Shown here: positions 63,201 to 64,000 of the stretch, piece after piece
Numbering within the stretch: the first letter of the stretch is position 1
How the letters are laid out: every line of letters begins with the position of its first letter
Origin: Alphaproteobacteria bacterium
GTDB taxonomy: Bacteria > Pseudomonadota > Alphaproteobacteria > UBA828
Reading direction: 5' to 3'
Assembly (NCBI GenBank): GCA_965220745.1
Contig: CBDCQT010000005.1
Span: 160,001 to 224,000 of the forward strand
Length of the DNA stretch: 64,000 nt
Program-made: the position numbers and the translations under genes
The notes under the pieces: generated by a model
Told to the model about the DNA's origin: nothing
The model's input: only the letters and a program-made list of their open reading frames with translations
Database searches by the model: none

Positions 63201-64000
63201 CGAAGAACCTGCATTTTCGGGACCCCAATCCGCACCTGGAGTGGGACCGGCTGCCGCTACAGGTGGTGTCGGAGACGACGGACTGGCCGCACGCGCCAGA
63301 CCGGCAGCCGAGGGCAGGCGTCAGCGCATTCGGTATTTCGGGCGTGAACGCCCACGTCGTGGTGGAGGGCTACAGGCCGACGAATGGCGCATCGGACGGG
63401 AACGATGGCAATGATTCCCATGCGGGCGCCCCGCAGCGCGTCGCGGCGACATTGCCGGAGCCAGCCGCGAGTCTACCACCGTCCGAGGAAGCCTTCTCCG
63501 CGCGAAACACGCGGTTGCTGCCGCTCTCGGCCAAGTCTGGTGAGGCGCTCCGGGCGCTGGCGGGGCGCTATCTCGCGTGGTTTGACTCGCAGGCCGACGC
63601 GTTGGCGGCAGATGGCGCCGCATCTGACACCCTGCTCTCGGACATGGCCTGGACGGCCGCCGTCGGCCGCAGCCACTTCGGCCATCGGGCGGGCGTGGTG
63701 TTCCAGGACGCGGAATCGCTGCGACAGAGCCTCACCGCGCAGGCGAATGCCGACGAGGGGCTTGGTCCGAAGACGGCGGCGAAGGTGGCATTCGCCTACA
63801 CCGGCGAGACCGACCAGTGGGTCAGTATGGGGGGCGCGCTCTACGCGCGCGAGCCCGTGGTGCGCGCCGTGCTCAACCGTTGCGATGCGGTGCTCGGGGA
63901 GGATCGGGGGGCGTCGCTGCTCGATGCGATGTTCGGCGGTCCCGGCGCCGAGGGGGGCCTGAGCGATCCAGAGTGGGCGCGGCCCGCAACCTACGCTCTC
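54284..64000 (+). CDS. Type I polyketide/fatty acid synthase, SupA-like (KS-AT-DH-cMT-ER-KR-ACP-KS-AT...), 3' end beyond right edge
   Basis: Not in the ORF track because it has no stop in the window. ATG 54284 after AGGGAG; frame still open at 64000 (SDPEWARPATYAL). KS1 DTACSSS/HGTGT/NIGH, AT GHSLG, DH DHRVFG..IAP, MT LEVGAGIG, ER HAGAGGVG, KR TGGLGGIG, ACP LGMDSL, then KS2 from ~62110 and AT2 from ~63780. Confidence 0.95.
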   Translation, partial: MAERDRACGRASDAPDLNDERAPEVSGSNEPIAIVGMACRFPGANGISAFWRLLEEGGNAVQEGVPGSGIGRVGALFPDDTGQIQACRFGAYLEELEQFDAAFFRISPVEAQLLDPQQRLILETSWRALEDAGIDPEGLKDSRTGVYAGISNNDYRGLILEASEGAGAAEPAASLYAVTGTSLNTAIGRVAFALGLGGPAMAVDTACSSSLVATHQAVSGLQRGDADLALAGGVNIILSGRLLEFRANAGMLSPDGQCKTFDASANGYVRGEGCGILVLKRLADAEAAGDRIWGVIRSTALNQDGASQGLTVPNGAAQERVIRAALEQAGVRPSDIDYLEAHGTGTEVGDPIEINATAAVYERGRDAGRPLLIGSVKTNIGHLESAAGVAGLIKTVLAMNRRLIPKHLHFRNPNPEMDWEQLPLQVTSAPTSWPAHADRAPLAGVSGFGWSGTNAHVVLEGYASPGGAASGLDGDDWIASAPRPIAVSLPASVVPSQSKDGLALRGTRLLPLSGKSAAALRDMAGRYLAWLDEDADVALLADMAWTAATGRSHFGHRAGVVFRDVESLREGLRAIVETDERPASRKAAKVAFAYTGQASQWPGMGEALYASEPVVRAVLDRCDQVLAEDRGGASLLDVMFGRPGAAGELDDPHWKQPAIYALECALAALWESIGIRPDVVLGHSLGEIAAAHTAGVFSLEEGLRFAAARGSLIGALPGEGAMAAVFASPSRVADAVGELNAASGGPGLSVAADNGAHQVVSGPKADVEALLARFEAEEVRVARLRRSPAYHSAMIEPALGDLEAEISTIAFAPPSLTFVSNLTGRALDAGEAPDAAYWRRQAREPVAFRACIETLAELGVDAVIEIGPHAVLGPMTTMAWPEATGAAPAILSSLQRPSKDEKPPAPGSGGGFVEAVAGAYEAGLPLRFEGLFAGESRSKIALPGYPFQRERYWVEAPKRRRQASDHPLLGSRHESASGEVAFDTEVFPSDPAWLSDHRVFGRLIAPGALYGALAASATLAEGSDAVIVEDFQMQSALVFPDQDAEDGTAEAGRRVQVLFDDAEDEAARRVRILSRGDAEDGWTQHAEGRISASSAGQSQAAPPLDIEGLKAALTPVDLAAYYRAKAAVGIDLGPSFRTVEGLWARPGEAVAEVALPAGVERNPFDVHPLVLDGCFQVFGAARSPDGAEEGITYLPFAWERLWLRDRLPDRLICHVSMREGRLDEEADAESGGVPEVHAADLRLYDQDGALIGELAGFTVKRATRAALLEGVEGIDELLYEVVWRDCALPPGILPADFLPTPSAAVSRSQPFSRYLTDEGVKVADETDLQGEMGRASWCYALSALETLGWERSASAVVNPEELRERLDVLPEHAHLLRRMLEILARSGVLQAKDEDFVVTVGADDPLPDEMPRDSEAFLAEVTARFPHAANEIGLFGRCAGALPEVLRGKEDPLSLLFGDAEPTAGDLYRLAPVWRAANRMIGEVVRTLVDNVPDGRRLRVLEVGAGIGSATETILPELPAGRFDLMYTDISAGFFAEAESRFGGAEASIDYRVLDIEKDPVEQGFEPHAYDMVIAANVLHATSHLDETLAHCRALLAPSGLLVALENQRGRGWMDLIFGQLDGWWRFADRYRPNHALAGPDVWRQALADAGFTESEVLGVDRSEAAGLPDRGVIVAQGPAEIELPEGAWILAADRGGVAASLAAQLAAQNQQVVLAGDDPERMGAAAERDAGIVAVSVEMERRESWRSLVEGLPPDVPLAGAVHLVAQDGHGVDATTADLAADAKRATASALALVQGIADADAVPEKGLWFVTRGAQVLERERIGQLAGAALWGLGKVVVREAPQMQSRMLDLDPEAAEPQAVLADELLFPDLENHIAHRQGRRQVARLVRTGSGAGRLALPEEADWVLAPDEGGAIETLRVQPLAARALEPKEVRVAVEACGLNFLDVFRAMGLVEEGLLGEEFCGRIVETGSDVISVTVGDRVAGFAFGTFGPEVVTREELVALAPPDVSATALATIPSVFVTCVLSYELAGLKAGDCVLIHAGAGGVGLAAIQLAQAAGAEVFATASTRKQAYLRSLGVEHVFDSRLTAFGEEILAATGGAGVDVVLNSLTGEGFIEASLACLAQGGRFVELARRDIMSEDEMAALRPDVAYSILDLYTLKQQDPARPGAALKEVLARIATGELAPLRHTRWPLAETSAAMGYMRAARHIGKIVLTTSPLGAGPLRQDRTYLVTGGLGGIGCALAEWLAERGAGTVVLNGRRAPDAAAEEAIEALRDRGFSVEVELADVTDPAALDAMLARMDRELPPLAGVIHSVGVLADAALGNQSWESFETVLWPKMLGAWHLHRATADRDLDLFVIFSSVAGILGNPGQANHAAANAFLDQLAAHRRALGLPGQAIAWGAWSGLGEAEEQRERIAQRREASGTGWFTPEQGFKALDRLLRQDAAAAAVLTADWAAFGEALESRPPLFEDLLTDASADDEAAALSEDLLAQLAATPAVGREELLVSFLQQEVQAVLRLPSAPAPTVGFFDLGMDSLMAVELRNRLNRAFSGAYVAPNTLVFDYPNISVLAGHLVGELGDEIAAPAPEATTEPSRQAPVQREDDGIAIVGMACRFPGAADLGSFWRQLEAGQDAVTDGRQDGGTWTGVAGDPAAGDSPWRQGGFVDGIDRFDARFFGMTPIGARMMDPQQRLLLETTWQALEDAGIDPDGLRGSRTGVYAGVSTSEYRDLMMLAGNENLSYLGTASSTAVGGVAFKLGLTGPTNPVMLNCAASLVTVQQAVAGLRQGEVDMALVGGVSAVLSPGLTVEMAALGMLSQRGRCSTFDAAADGFVRSEGCGMVVLKRLAEAEADGDRIWAVIRGAAVNQNGASAGPTVPNGPAQERVIEEALSQAGVLPSDVDYLEAHGAGSALGDPIEVNAAAAVYGRERSPDRPLLIGSVKTNIGHLESAAGVAGLIKVVLAMRHGTIPKNLHFRDPNPHLEWDRLPLQVVSETTDWPHAPDRQPRAGVSAFGISGVNAHVVVEGYRPTNGASDGNDGNDSHAGAPQRVAATLPEPAASLPPSEEAFSARNTRLLPLSAKSGEALRALAGRYLAWFDSQADALAADGAASDTLLSDMAWTAAVGRSHFGHRAGVVFQDAESLRQSLTAQANADEGLGPKTAAKVAFAYTGETDQWVSMGGALYAREPVVRAVLNRCDAVLGEDRGASLLDAMFGGPGAEGGLSDPEWARPATYAL

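Overview
High-GC alphaproteobacterial (Rhodospirillales-like) chromosome segment, probably from a sponge symbiont because it carries a SupA-type PKS (inference). It has three zones. (1) 1..~16590 is the right part of an integrated mobilisable element. It carries three tandem ribbon-helix-helix (RHH)/MobC-like genes, a membrane-anchored protein and a MobF relaxase-helicase with a long repeated C-terminus. Its cargo is nuclease/defence-like: a lower-GC type IIG restriction-modification fusion, an EEP nuclease, a decayed DUF1173-like nuclease, and a coupled DPLG-motif protein plus double-HxK PLD-fold nuclease that runs off the left edge. The element appears inserted into a PhyH-family dioxygenase gene. 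(2) ~17.1-50.9 kb is mostly core genome: a TauD / (R)-amine transaminase / orphan GroEL-like cluster, yajC-secD-secF, purine deaminases, puuD-like, hpnE, trmFO, uvrA, ssb, gyrA, coaD, queA, tgt, gltBD, uppP and rnd. (3) 51 kb to the end holds an FAD oxidoreductase, an NCS2 permease fusion and a type I PKS (KS-AT-DH-cMT-ER-KR-ACP-KS-AT...) running off the right edge. I saw no tRNA, rRNA or CRISPR array. All family calls come from motif recognition by eye, not database searches.
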